From: Candidatus Moraniibacteriota bacterium
GTDB lineage: Bacteria; Patescibacteriota; Minisyncoccia; Moranbacterales; GCA-2747515
Length of the DNA stretch: 64,000 nt
Reading direction: 5' to 3'
Assembly: GCA_046116545.1 (NCBI GenBank)
Contig: CP175956.1
Coordinates: 449,734-513,733 of the forward strand
Made by a program: the position numbers and the translations under genes. Numbering within the stretch: the stretch's first letter is position 1; every line of letters starts with the position of its first letter. Positions 20,591-30,582 of the stretch are shown in pieces. The notes under the pieces are model-generated. The model worked only from the letters and a program-made list of their open reading frames with translations, made no database searches and was not told where the DNA came from.

Positions 20591-20762
20591 AAATATAGAC
20601 ACTAGAAATAGCAATTTTATTATAACTATAAATCTACATATATGACTCTCTTACCAGTGAGACATATATGTATCTTCATAGAGATAAAATTACTACTCTA
20701 AACTAAAAAATTACTTCCTTTAGTTTGACATTTTTAAAGCAGAAAGTCAACGTAATAAAAAT

Positions 20763-21548
20763 ATGTTATACTATATTTGTACATATAATATTTCTACATA
20801 TATGCGATTTTTTGATAAACTTTTTATACAAAAAACTGATTCTGTTGATAATACTTCCCAACAAGAAGATGTCTTAAATATTGATCAATCTTCAGAATCC
20901 CCAATTGAAACCCTCTCATTAGAAGAACTTATAAAACTAAAGCCTCCTTATATAACCGAACTGATTAGTGATTATGGTATTATGAAATTACCTAATCTAT
21001 TAAAAACTGCTGAAATAGATACTGCTTTATCCCAAATTGAACAACAAAGCAGTTCTGCTGAACCCAACTCTAAAGAATTAGATGTTGTTTCTGATATGAT
21101 TTTTGAAATAACTCTTCCAGCATCTGAAAATACTATCAAGAAATTCTTATCCAATTACTACAAAGATCAATTTGATTTTGACAAATTAGTTTCCCAACAA
21201 CAACAAAATAGAAATATAACAAAAAAGCAAGCAACAAACGGCTTACTGGCGACTATAGAATCTATGTCATCTGATATTTTTATAAAATTCCAAAATCGTA
21301 TACAAAAAGAATTATCTGAACATTCCTATACAAATGATGAAGCTTCTGAATTTATTTATTGGCGATTAAATGCATTAGACTCAGGTCTTATATTGGAAAT
21401 ATCCAAAACCTCTTCTGAAGAAGATGAACGATTACTTTGTTTAAGTTTTGTAAATGAAGCAGCTATGATTGATTTTCAAGAAAGCTCACTCACACAAAAT
21501 GAAAGTCTATATACTAGTGAACATATTGATTCAATGGGATTAAACTAA
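20763..21548 (+). CDS. Hypothetical acidic protein
   Basis: 261-aa ORF with no recognised motif. Confidence 0.4.
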   Translation: MLYYICTYNISTYMRFFDKLFIQKTDSVDNTSQQEDVLNIDQSSESPIETLSLEELIKLKPPYITELISDYGIMKLPNLLKTAEIDTALSQIEQQSSSAEPNSKELDVVSDMIFEITLPASENTIKKFLSNYYKDQFDFDKLVSQQQQNRNITKKQATNGLLATIESMSSDIFIKFQNRIQKELSEHSYTNDEASEFIYWRLNALDSGLILEISKTSSEEDERLLCLSFVNEAAMIDFQESSLTQNESLYTSEHIDSMGLN

Positions 21549-21567
21549 CTAAAACAAAACTAATTAT

Positions 21568-21876
21568 ATGCAAGATTTAAATACAAAAATTGCGCTACTA
21601 GCAAAAGATTTACAACTAGATGAAGTCAACGAAACAAAGAGGCTTTCTCTATTAGAAGAAATAGGTGATGTTTTTACACATCGCATAATCTTAAGGCTCA
21701 TAAAAGAAGTTCCAGAAAAAAAGAGGGTCTTATTTATAGAAAAAATTAACGAAAATAAAGATAATCCTGACAAGATATTGCTATTTATTGATCATTTTGT
21801 AGAAGATGCTGATAGAGTAATTGATGAAGAGGTTATTAATTACAAATTGGATTTAAAAAAAATATCACAAACATAG
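21568..21876 (+). CDS. Hypothetical protein
   Basis: 102-aa charged ORF. Confidence 0.4.
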   Translation: MQDLNTKIALLAKDLQLDEVNETKRLSLLEEIGDVFTHRIILRLIKEVPEKKRVLFIEKINENKDNPDKILLFIDHFVEDADRVIDEEVINYKLDLKKISQT

Positions 21877-21895
21877 TATTCTTAACTTATCTTGC

Positions 21896-21924
21896 TTGTC
21901 AAAATAAGTTTTTTGTAGTATAGT
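21896..21924 (+). promoter_or_regulatory. Sigma70-like promoter (TTGTCA-17-TATAGT) upstream of rpsO
   Basis: Hexamers at 21896-21901 and 21919-21924, about 75 nt upstream of the rpsO ATG. Confidence 0.4.
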
Positions 21925-22001
21925 AGTAAACATAATTAATTTATATCTCGTGTATAGTGGTATTTAATTATTAATACGACTATATCGCAGAATCAAACAC
22001 T

Positions 22002-22277
22002 ATGGCTCTTACAAAGAGACAAAAAACGAATGCTACAACAGAAGCAAAGCGTCATGATACTGACACTGGATCTCCAGAATATCAAATTGCGCTTTTTACA
22101 ACAAGAATCAATAAACTGACAACTCATTTAAAGAAAAATCAACATGATTTTCATTCACGCAGAGGTCTGCTAAAAATGGTTGCTAAAAGAAAAAAATTAC
22201 TTGATTATTTAGCTAGAACTGATGAAAAAGCTTACAAAAAAATCGTGAAACAATTAGGACTTCGGGAACGTAAATAA
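22002..22277 (+). CDS. rpsO: 30S ribosomal protein S15
   Basis: MALTKRQKTNATTEAKRHDTDTGSPEYQIALFTTRINKLTTHLKKNQHDFHSRRGLLKMV in 91 aa. Confidence 0.92.
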   Translation: MALTKRQKTNATTEAKRHDTDTGSPEYQIALFTTRINKLTTHLKKNQHDFHSRRGLLKMVAKRKKLLDYLARTDEKAYKKIVKQLGLRERK

Positions 22278-22425
22278 ATCTGAGACTAGAGAGCGTAGAT
22301 TAAATACGCTCTCTTTTATTTAAAGCACTATAACAATATCAATCTATACTTCAAATATTTTTGATAAAAGGTAACTATTTTTATAAAGAACACTAAACCA
22401 ATTTTTATACATAAAATATAATTAT

Positions 22426-22920
22426 ATGAAACACAAGGATCAACGCGTAGGTGTGGTAGTAGATATACAAAACCTTTACTATAGTGCCCGCGTCTTATAC
22501 AACAAAAAAGTAAATTTTAAAAATCTATTGACAGCATCTGTCGAAAATAGAAAGCTAATACGAGCAATAGGCTATGGAATAACAACTGAAGAAGCTCAGG
22601 AAGATAAGTTTTTTGATGCTCTGGAAAAAATTGGAATGGAGGTAAAGACTAAAGACCTACAAATTTTTGCAGGAGGTCAAAAGAAGGGGGATTGGGATGT
22701 GGGCATCGCAGTTGATGCTATAAAAATGGCTCAAAGTGTTGATGTTATCATACTTGCTTCAGGAGACGGTGACTATATACCAATGGTAAAATATATACAA
22801 AATACTACGGGTTGTCGTGTTGAAGGAGTTTCCTTTGGAGAATCAACGAGTATGCGTCTTATAGAGTCTTTAGATGACTTTCTAGACCTATCTTCAAATA
22901 AAAAACGATTTTTAATTTAA
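22426..22920 (+). CDS. NYN-domain (LabA-like) protein
   Basis: VGVVVDIQNLYYSAR ... DVGIAVDAIKMAQSVDVIILASGDGDYIPMV. Confidence 0.75.
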   Translation: MKHKDQRVGVVVDIQNLYYSARVLYNKKVNFKNLLTASVENRKLIRAIGYGITTEEAQEDKFFDALEKIGMEVKTKDLQIFAGGQKKGDWDVGIAVDAIKMAQSVDVIILASGDGDYIPMVKYIQNTTGCRVEGVSFGESTSMRLIESLDDFLDLSSNKKRFLI

Positions 22921-22989
22921 AAACTTTCAATAAAAACTACCAATGTTCATTTGGTGGTTTTTATTTTTTATCATTTCGATATATAAGGC

Positions 22990-23018
22990 TTGCAAAATTC
23001 TGACTTTTAGTCTATACT
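22990..23018 (+). promoter_or_regulatory. Sigma70-like promoter (TTGCAA-17-TATACT) upstream of rpsA
   Basis: Hexamer spacing of 17 bp, about 180 nt upstream of the start. Confidence 0.3.
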
Positions 23019-23201
23019 TGGATAAACAAAGTTAATTATTAAACAAAAGAATATTTACTCAAACTGAGTGAGAAAAGAAAATGTTTTAATTTTCTTTTGT
23101 TGTTTTATTTAATAATTTCCTTTGTGGAAATTTTTTGCGTTTTTAATTATATAATTAAAGTCTGAAATTAACGCAACAGACTTAATAAGCTTATAGATTT
23201 T

Positions 23202-24539
23202 ATGACAAAAGCTAATGACTTACTTGATAAGATAGTAAAACAAGTTAAAAAAGATACTGAAAAAGAGCAAGAGATTGCTAAAAGCCCAGAAGAAACACCT
23301 ACAGAAGAAACTCTTACAAAATCAGTTGCAACTGAATCAGGTTCTACTGATATGGATGCCCTAATGGATTTGAACGAAGTTTCAATTCCTAGAGTTGGTG
23401 ATGTAATTGATGGTACTATTATTGATATTTCTGCTAGTATTGTTTTGTTGGACATTGGTCCAATTGGAACTGGTATGGTTATTGGACGTGAAGCAAAGAG
23501 TGGCCTTGCTGAGGATGACAAATTACGCGCTGGAAGTGAAGTAACTGCAACAGTTATTGATTTGGATAATGATGATGGTTATATAGAACTTTCAATACGT
23601 GAAGCTTCTTATGAACGTGCTTGGGATGACTTAAAAGCTAAAAAAGATGGTGAAGAAACTATCTTAGTTAAAATGCTTGATGCTAACAAGGGTGGTCTTA
23701 TGGTTGAAGTTAATGGTGTAACTGGTTTCTTACCTGTATCACAACTTTCAAGTAAAAATTATCCTCGTGTAGAAGATGGTGACAAAAATAAGATTCTTGA
23801 ATTATTAAAGAGACTTGTTAGAAAAGAATTGCCTGTTCGAATTATTGATATAAATCAAGAAGATGAAAAACTGATTGTTTCAGAAAAAGCAGCACATAGT
23901 GATATCGAAAGAGAAGCTATTTCAGGGCTACATGTTGGAGATACAATTTCAGGTGAGGTTAGTGGTGTTGTTGATTTTGGTGCTTTTGTTAAGTTTACTC
24001 CTGCTGGAGCTGAATCAGAAGAAGATGATGCAAAACTAGAAGGACTTATTCATATTAGTGAACTTGCATGGCAACTTATTGATAATCCAAGAGAGGTTAT
24101 TAAAGTTGGTGATAAAACAGAAGCAAAAATCATAGGAATTGATGATACTCGTATTTCACTTTCTATAAAGGCACTACTAGAAGATCCTTGGACAAAAATT
24201 ACTGAAAAATATGAGGTTGGTAAGATTTATACTGGTAAAGTTGATAAGATTAACCACTTTGGAGCATTTGTTTACCTTGATAAAGATATCCATGGTCTTG
24301 CACATATCAGTGAATTCCAAGAGCTATATCCTGGTAAAAAACTTGATGATAAGATTGCTCAAAAAGAAGAGTATCAATGGAAAGTACTTTCCATTGAACC
24401 AAAGGAGCATCGCATGGGTCTAGTACTTATGGATGATAAAAAACTAGAAGAAGACAAGACTAAAAAAGATGCCGAGTCAGAAGAAAAGCCTACAGCAACT
24501 AAGAAAAAAGTTGTTAAAAAAGAAGCTGACAAAAAATAG
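23202..24539 (+). CDS. rpsA: 30S ribosomal protein S1 (short, about four S1 domains)
   Basis: Repeated S1-domain signatures (GDVIDGTIIDISASIVLLDIG, GDTISGEVSGVVDFGAFVKF, GKIYTGKVDKINHFGAFVYL) in 445 aa. Confidence 0.8.
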   Translation: MTKANDLLDKIVKQVKKDTEKEQEIAKSPEETPTEETLTKSVATESGSTDMDALMDLNEVSIPRVGDVIDGTIIDISASIVLLDIGPIGTGMVIGREAKSGLAEDDKLRAGSEVTATVIDLDNDDGYIELSIREASYERAWDDLKAKKDGEETILVKMLDANKGGLMVEVNGVTGFLPVSQLSSKNYPRVEDGDKNKILELLKRLVRKELPVRIIDINQEDEKLIVSEKAAHSDIEREAISGLHVGDTISGEVSGVVDFGAFVKFTPAGAESEEDDAKLEGLIHISELAWQLIDNPREVIKVGDKTEAKIIGIDDTRISLSIKALLEDPWTKITEKYEVGKIYTGKVDKINHFGAFVYLDKDIHGLAHISEFQELYPGKKLDDKIAQKEEYQWKVLSIEPKEHRMGLVLMDDKKLEEDKTKKDAESEEKPTATKKKVVKKEADKK

Positions 24540-24546
24540 TATCCTT

Positions 24547-24577
24547 GCGCTCGAGATTCTTCTCGAGCGCTTTTTTT
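24547..24577 (+). terminator. Rho-independent terminator after rpsA
   Basis: GCGCTCGAGA-ttct-TCTCGAGCGC followed by TTTTTTT. Confidence 0.75.
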
Positions 24578-24596
24578 ATCAAACTAATTTATTTTT

Positions 24597-25157
24597 ATGA
24601 TTATAACAATCACTGGAGATCCTGGTTCTGGAAAAAGTACGCTTGGAGAAAAATTAGCAAAGGAACTTGATTATGATAGATACTATATTGGGCAAATACG
24701 ACGTGATGCTGCAAAAAAGATGGGTATGACTCTAGCAGAATATAACAAATATGGAGAAACTCATCCTGAAACTGACTTAGCGGTGGATGATTACCAAAAA
24801 ACTTTAGGTGAAACAAAAGATGCTTTTATAATTGAAGGTCGCACAAGCTGGTTTTTGATTCCAAAATCATTAAAAATTTATATAGAAGTTGATCCAAAAG
24901 AAGGAGCTACTCGTATTTTTAATGACTTACAAAAAGAAAACATCAGGAATGAAGGAGATAATCTCACAAGTGTTGAGGATGTGCTAAATAGCAACATAAA
25001 ACGAGCTGCTAGCGATGAATTACGATATAAAAAATATTATAATAAAAATTGTTTTGATAAAAATAATTTTGACTTTGTTATAGATACAACAAATCTAACA
25101 ATAAATGAGGCTTACTTGGAAGTATTAAAATTCATTCAAGAAAATACAAAAATATAA
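24597..25157 (+). CDS. Cytidylate (CMP) kinase-like P-loop NMP kinase
   Basis: MIITITGDPGSGKSTLGEKLAKEL P-loop in a 186-aa NMP-kinase-like protein. Confidence 0.55.
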   Translation: MIITITGDPGSGKSTLGEKLAKELDYDRYYIGQIRRDAAKKMGMTLAEYNKYGETHPETDLAVDDYQKTLGETKDAFIIEGRTSWFLIPKSLKIYIEVDPKEGATRIFNDLQKENIRNEGDNLTSVEDVLNSNIKRAASDELRYKKYYNKNCFDKNNFDFVIDTTNLTINEAYLEVLKFIQENTKI

Positions 25158-25210
25158 TAGTATATATTAGCTATTTTACTATACTAAAATAGCTAACATT
25201 ATATTCTTAT

Positions 25211-26179
25211 ATGAAAAATTTAATAAAACATGTACAAAATGTGAATTCACAAAATAATCTTTGGAATTCTGGAGACACTATCGTCATTGGTGTATCAGGT
25301 GGTCCTGATAGCATGTGTCTTTTTGATGTGCTTTTAAAAATTGCGGCTAAAAATAATCTTTCTATTATTATAGCTCATGTAAATTATGGTTTACGCGGTG
25401 AAGACTCAGTTGCGGATCAAAGATTAGTTGAAAACCTTGCGCTAATAAACAACGTGACTTGTAAAACATTAGTTTGTACTGATCCTTCTGCTAAAAATGA
25501 AAATGCTTGGCGAAATATTCGCTATAATTTTTTTCAAAAAATCGCAAAATTCCACAATGCCCATTCTATCGCAGTTGCTCATAACAAAAATGATCAGGCT
25601 GAAACATTATTGTTACATTTACTACGAGGTAGCGGTTTAAATGGATTATCTGGAATGCAATTAAAAACAAATAATATTATAAGACCTCTTCTAACAACTT
25701 CCAAGGAAGATATATTGAATTATTGCACTCAAAATAACATTAAATACAATATTGATAAAACAAATGCTACTGCGGAGTTTACACGTAATAAAATCAGAAA
25801 TGAATTAATGCCCTATCTAGAAGAAAATTTTAATAAAAATATAATAAATATATTATCAGCAACAGCAAAAACTATTGGAAATGATTATGCTTTCTTAAAT
25901 GAATCTATTGAAAAATTTTGGTTTATTGATAAATCAAAAAAAATAATTTCATTTAAAGAGCGTGTCTTTATCAATATGCATCCATCAAAACAAAATATGA
26001 CTTTAAGGCTTATGATACATGAGCTCTTAGGGTCTCTTACAAATATTGAAAATGGCTTAATTGAAGAAATGACGAAGACTATAAAAAGTACAAAAAATAA
26101 ACATAAAATCATTGAGACAAAAGACTTGAAAATGATGAAGATTGGTGATACAGTAGAGCTTATGAAGATAAAAGATTAA
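25211..26179 (+). CDS. tilS: tRNA(Ile)-lysidine synthetase
   Basis: PP-loop IVIGVSGGPDSMCL; conserved adjacency to ftsH. Confidence 0.85.
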   Translation: MKNLIKHVQNVNSQNNLWNSGDTIVIGVSGGPDSMCLFDVLLKIAAKNNLSIIIAHVNYGLRGEDSVADQRLVENLALINNVTCKTLVCTDPSAKNENAWRNIRYNFFQKIAKFHNAHSIAVAHNKNDQAETLLLHLLRGSGLNGLSGMQLKTNNIIRPLLTTSKEDILNYCTQNNIKYNIDKTNATAEFTRNKIRNELMPYLEENFNKNIINILSATAKTIGNDYAFLNESIEKFWFIDKSKKIISFKERVFINMHPSKQNMTLRLMIHELLGSLTNIENGLIEEMTKTIKSTKNKHKIIETKDLKMMKIGDTVELMKIKD

Positions 26180-26223
26180 AGTAATTTTTTGTTTTTATTT
26201 TTATAAATTTACTAACTAAAAAT

Positions 26224-28122
26224 ATGGAAAAGATTTTCAAGAATTCTTCGGTTATTATCATGGTATTAATTGTAGTACTAATGTTCATAATGCTTTCAAC
26301 TACATCAAAAGATGAAATTGAAAAAATATCATTAACACAATTATCTCAAGAAATTAATGAAGATAAGGTTGAGGGAATTACGGTTAATTATAATGGTAAA
26401 GTTGAAATTGATATCAAAGATACTGATTTGATGCAAGAAACACACAAAGAACCAGATGCTAGTCTTACAGAAACACTTTTAAATATGGGTGTTAGTCCAG
26501 AAAAACTAAATACTGTTCCAATTACTGTTGAAACAAAATCTGGTGCATCAATGTGGGCTACAATACTTATTCCCTCACTGCTTCCAATATTAATAATTGG
26601 TGCTCTAATTTTCTTCATGATGAAAAGCGCAATGCGTGGAAACAATCAAGCAATGAGCTTTGGTGCTTCAAAAGCAAAAATGATTGATCCTAAAGATGCT
26701 AAAAATAAAACTGCCTTTAAAGATGTCGCTGGTAACAAGGAAGCAAAAGAGGAATTAATAGAAATTGTTGACTTTTTGAAGGCTCCTAAAAAGTTCCAAG
26801 ACTTAGGTGCTAAAATTCCAAAAGGCGTGTTATTACTTGGACGTCCTGGAACTGGTAAAACATTATTAGCCCGAGCAGTTGCTGGTGAAGCTGAGGTTCC
26901 CTTTTTTACAATAAGTGGGTCTGAGTTTGTGGAAATGTTTGTTGGTGTTGGTGCTAGTCGTGTACGAGACTTATTTAAACAAGCAAAGAAACATGCTCCT
27001 TCTATAGTTTTCATTGATGAAATTGATGCTGTAGGTCGACAAAGAGGTACTGGTTTAGGTGGTGGAAATGATGAGAGAGAGCAAACATTAAATCAAATTC
27101 TTGTTGAAATGGATGGTTTTGATAATAATTCAAATGTTATTGTTATCGCTGCAACGAACCGACCTGATGTACTTGATCCTGCATTATTACGACCAGGGCG
27201 ATTTGATAGACGTGTTACAATAGATTTACCTGGAATTGAAGATAGAGAAGCAATCTTAAAAATTCACGCAAAAAATAAAAAACTGTCTACTGATGTCAAT
27301 TTACAAAGAATAGCTCAACGAACACCTGGCTTTTCTGGAGCAGATCTCATGAATTTAATGAATGAAGGAGCACTACTTGCAGGAAGACATAACAAGAAAG
27401 AAGTTGAAATGATTGATTTAATTGAATCAATTGAGAAAGTATTACTTGGACCAGCTCGTAAAAACAAACGACTGGATGAAAAAGAAACAAAAATTGTAGC
27501 TTATCATGAAGCTGGTCATGCGCTTATTGGTGCAAGTCTTGAAAATGCAGACCCTGTACAAAAAGTATCTATAATATCAAGAGGTAGTGCAGGAGGATAT
27601 ACGCTTTCTGTTCCTGAAAAAGATCAGACTCTTCACTCTAAAGCATATTTCATAGATGAATTATCTGTATTTCTGGGAGGTTATGTTGCTGAAAAAATGA
27701 TATTTGGAGATACTACAACGGGACCCTCAAATGACCTAGAGCGAGCTACTCAACTTGCTAGAAATATGGTTGTTAAATTCGGCATGAGTGACATGGGAGT
27801 GCGCACATTTGGTAAAAATGAAGAGTATAGCTTCTTGGGCCGTGAAGTATCTGAAGAAAAAGATTATTCAGAAAATACTGCTGATACTATAGATAAAACA
27901 GTTTCAGAATTTCTCTCAGAAGCTAAAAAACGTACAGAAGATATCTTAACAGAGAAGAAAGATATTCTTGAAAAAATAGCAACTGTATTATTAGAAAAAG
28001 AAACTATTGAAAAAGATGAGTTTGATGCAATTATTGCAGGTAAAGAATATAAAGAACCTACTACAAAGAATGTTACAAAAAATGATGAAGTTACTAGTAT
28101 TGATGCAACAATAAAAGAATAG
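26224..28122 (+). CDS. ftsH: ATP-dependent zinc metalloprotease FtsH
   Basis: N-terminal TM segments, AAA motif [21 protein letters not shown], zinc motif HEAGHAL, 632 aa; ends with TAG. Confidence 0.93.
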   Translation: MEKIFKNSSVIIMVLIVVLMFIMLSTTSKDEIEKISLTQLSQEINEDKVEGITVNYNGKVEIDIKDTDLMQETHKEPDASLTETLLNMGVSPEKLNTVPITVETKSGASMWATILIPSLLPILIIGALIFFMMKSAMRGNNQAMSFGASKAKMIDPKDAKNKTAFKDVAGNKEAKEELIEIVDFLKAPKKFQDLGAKIPKGVLLLGRPGTGKTLLARAVAGEAEVPFFTISGSEFVEMFVGVGASRVRDLFKQAKKHAPSIVFIDEIDAVGRQRGTGLGGGNDEREQTLNQILVEMDGFDNNSNVIVIAATNRPDVLDPALLRPGRFDRRVTIDLPGIEDREAILKIHAKNKKLSTDVNLQRIAQRTPGFSGADLMNLMNEGALLAGRHNKKEVEMIDLIESIEKVLLGPARKNKRLDEKETKIVAYHEAGHALIGASLENADPVQKVSIISRGSAGGYTLSVPEKDQTLHSKAYFIDELSVFLGGYVAEKMIFGDTTTGPSNDLERATQLARNMVVKFGMSDMGVRTFGKNEEYSFLGREVSEEKDYSENTADTIDKTVSEFLSEAKKRTEDILTEKKDILEKIATVLLEKETIEKDEFDAIIAGKEYKEPTTKNVTKNDEVTSIDATIKE

Positions 28123-28169
28123 TATTTAGGTCGTTGTAGTGATGGAATAGAATTCTTTCACTACAAAAA

Positions 28170-28243
28170 GGACGGCTAGCTCAGTTGGTTAGAGCGCTTG
28201 CTCGACACGCAAGAGGTCACAGGTTCGAATCCCGTGTCGTCCA
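28170..28243 (+). tRNA. tRNA-Val (anticodon GAC) with unusual C33 and an A-C mismatch in the T-stem
   Basis: Cloverleaf GGACGGC/GTCGTCC acceptor, D-arm GCTCAGTTGGTTAGAGC, anticodon stem CTTGC/GCAAG with loop TCGACAC, T-loop GGTTCGAATCC. Confidence 0.7.
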
Positions 28244-28252
28244 CAAATAAAA

Positions 28253-28283
28253 ACACGAGACTCCTTGTCTCGTGTTTTTATTT
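28253..28283 (+). terminator. Rho-independent terminator after the tRNA
   Basis: ACACGAGAC-tcctt-GTCTCGTGT followed by TTTTATTT. Confidence 0.7.
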
Positions 28284-28300
28284 ATATCTTATATCAATCA

Positions 28301-29431
28301 TTAACCATCAACTGTGTCTACTGCATTTCCACTTGAATCTAGATTACCTTGATATGTTCCACTAGAACCAGACCCTCCTGTAGATGTCCCTGATGTACTT
28401 CCGGAAGTAGTTGCACCACCATTGTATGTCGTTCCTGTATCTGGATTTGTCCATGTTGATGATTGTTGCATCTGTTTCCCAGAATTATATGAACCTCCTG
28501 AATATTGGAATTCTGGACCTAGTTGACTGCTCATATTATTCATCTCTGATGACATCTGACCACTTATTGCTTGCATGTTTGCTCCTACTGATGACTGCAC
28601 CTCTCCCAAACCTCTTTCCACTACACCAACTATTAGAGTTGTGGCGAATGATTGTATAACACTAGAAAATACATTTGAATCTCCATTTGCCAATGCTTCT
28701 AACGGTAAATTAACTTGCTGATTTTGTATTACTTCTACCATTGAACTTGGTATTTTTGTATTTCCTTGAGCATCTTTTGCTGGCAAAACACCACTACTTT
28801 TTGCTGTTAAGTCCTGTACTTTTTGTTCTGCTGCATATTTTGCAGACATTGCTGCATCTGTTGCTAATGCCATCCCAATGGGTGTGTTTTCAGGCTTTGC
28901 CATAATAGCACTAAAACACTTATAATTTCCATCTGCAAAAAAATCACCTCCTGTACAATGCTCGGCATAATCCACACTAGGCTGATTTTCCCCTTTCCAA
29001 CTATCTATAACGCTATTTCCTGCAGATTCAATAGCCTGCCCCAATGCATCTCCTCCAGAAGAGCCTCCTGCAGGAGTATAATCACCTGATGTTGTTCCTC
29101 GCAATGCACTTGTTAAAAAATCTTCACCATAAGTAACAGCCTTATCTTTCGGATCATTTATGATGAAGTCTTCAAAGTTAGATATATTTCTAGGAGAAGA
29201 GCTGCCTCCATACAATAGATCTTCTATTGTTGATGTAGCTTGTTTAATTGACATCATTTTCACAGATGAATTAATGGCTTTTTTGATTTCTTCAAATATT
29301 TCTTCTAAGCCTTGCTTCATACCTGATGCACCCATATTAGTTCCCCACATTTCTGCTCTGACATGTTGGACTGGAGCCATGATTATACACATCAAACAAA
29401 AAAGTACAGCTATTTTTTTTATTTTATTCAT
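28301..29431 (-). CDS. Secreted hypothetical protein with a Gly/Ser/Thr-rich C-terminus
   Basis: Signal peptide MNKIKKIAVLFCLMCIIMAPVQHVRA; low-complexity GS/T tail. Confidence 0.5.
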   Translation of the reverse strand: MNKIKKIAVLFCLMCIIMAPVQHVRAEMWGTNMGASGMKQGLEEIFEEIKKAINSSVKMMSIKQATSTIEDLLYGGSSSPRNISNFEDFIINDPKDKAVTYGEDFLTSALRGTTSGDYTPAGGSSGGDALGQAIESAGNSVIDSWKGENQPSVDYAEHCTGGDFFADGNYKCFSAIMAKPENTPIGMALATDAAMSAKYAAEQKVQDLTAKSSGVLPAKDAQGNTKIPSSMVEVIQNQQVNLPLEALANGDSNVFSSVIQSFATTLIVGVVERGLGEVQSSVGANMQAISGQMSSEMNNMSSQLGPEFQYSGGSYNSGKQMQQSSTWTNPDTGTTYNGGATTSGSTSGTSTGGSGSSGTYQGNLDSSGNAVDTVDG

Positions 29432-29448
29432 AATTTATATTTTATATT

Positions 29449-30423
29449 TTAGATATCTAGAAATATGTTATCTATCTCATATTCAACTAATTTTTGATCT
29501 ATTTTTTCTTGAAAGGCTATTCCCTCCATTATTAATCCTTGCATTTGAGCTAATGCAGCTATCATTGGAGTAACATCTGTTGCAACATTCTTATAGTCAC
29601 CATCCTTATAAATACTTGTAGCATATCGAAGTAAATATAAACCTTCTAAATGTATATCTAGCATATCTTCAGGAACATCTATTTCATTTAATTGGACTTC
29701 CGCTTTTATTGCATTCTCTGAAATGCCCTCAAATACCTTAAAATCTGTTGCTGACTGTGAAAAACTCCCCAACTGACTCATTAATTCATCTTGTACAACA
29801 CTGACAGATCTTTCAAAAAAGCCATCTGGAAAGCTAGACATAAATACGTACGATGTTTCAGTTAAATATTCTATTGCATCTTCTTTTAATTTTTCATCTC
29901 TCTTTTTTTCAGATAGCTTATCATAATCTTGTTCTTTAATTTTGACTTGATCCATGGAAATAGGGTCCACAGCATTCATGCTAACCTCTTTATCTATTGC
30001 GTCTGATATAACTTTTGAGAACTCTTCCGACGTAATACCCTCTTTTCCATCTTCTTGCGCATCGGCTAAATATGAAACTACATCTTCTGATATTTTTTTA
30101 GTTACATTTGAAGTTTGTAAATTACTTGACTCAAATACAACTGGCTTTTTCTTTTTTACTATTCTATCTCCAGGCGCAGCAATTAATGGATTATATCCAC
30201 TTTCAACTTCAACACCATCTGAATACCCATCTCCATCTGTATCAGCCTTTTTCATATCAGTTCCAAACATTTCTTCTTCAGCATTACTTAGTCCATCTCT
30301 ATCAAAATCCTCAAATAATGTAAAATTTGACTCATCTGCAAAAGTAAAAAAAGAAAAAGCACTTACAATAAGAATTGCAAATACTACAAACGACATGGTA
30401 TTATAAGAATATTTTTTATTCAC
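29449..30423 (-). CDS. Secreted protein with thrombospondin-type-3-like Ca-binding repeats
   Basis: Signal or anchor MSFVVFAILIVSAFSFFTFA; DRDGLSNAEEE...DTDGDGYSDGVEVESGYNP (DxDxDG repeats). Confidence 0.5.
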   Translation of the reverse strand: MNKKYSYNTMSFVVFAILIVSAFSFFTFADESNFTLFEDFDRDGLSNAEEEMFGTDMKKADTDGDGYSDGVEVESGYNPLIAAPGDRIVKKKKPVVFESSNLQTSNVTKKISEDVVSYLADAQEDGKEGITSEEFSKVISDAIDKEVSMNAVDPISMDQVKIKEQDYDKLSEKKRDEKLKEDAIEYLTETSYVFMSSFPDGFFERSVSVVQDELMSQLGSFSQSATDFKVFEGISENAIKAEVQLNEIDVPEDMLDIHLEGLYLLRYATSIYKDGDYKNVATDVTPMIAALAQMQGLIMEGIAFQEKIDQKLVEYEIDNIFLDI

Positions 30424-30582
30424 AATATTATTTTTATTTTTAACGTCTATATTATACCATATACTTTATTCCTTGCACAATTTTTCAATGTTTTACTATT
30501 GATTTTTCATACTTTCTATGCTATAATACATTTGTGTTAAGGGTGAGTTGTTTACTTTATGTAAACTGCTCATTTTTTTATT

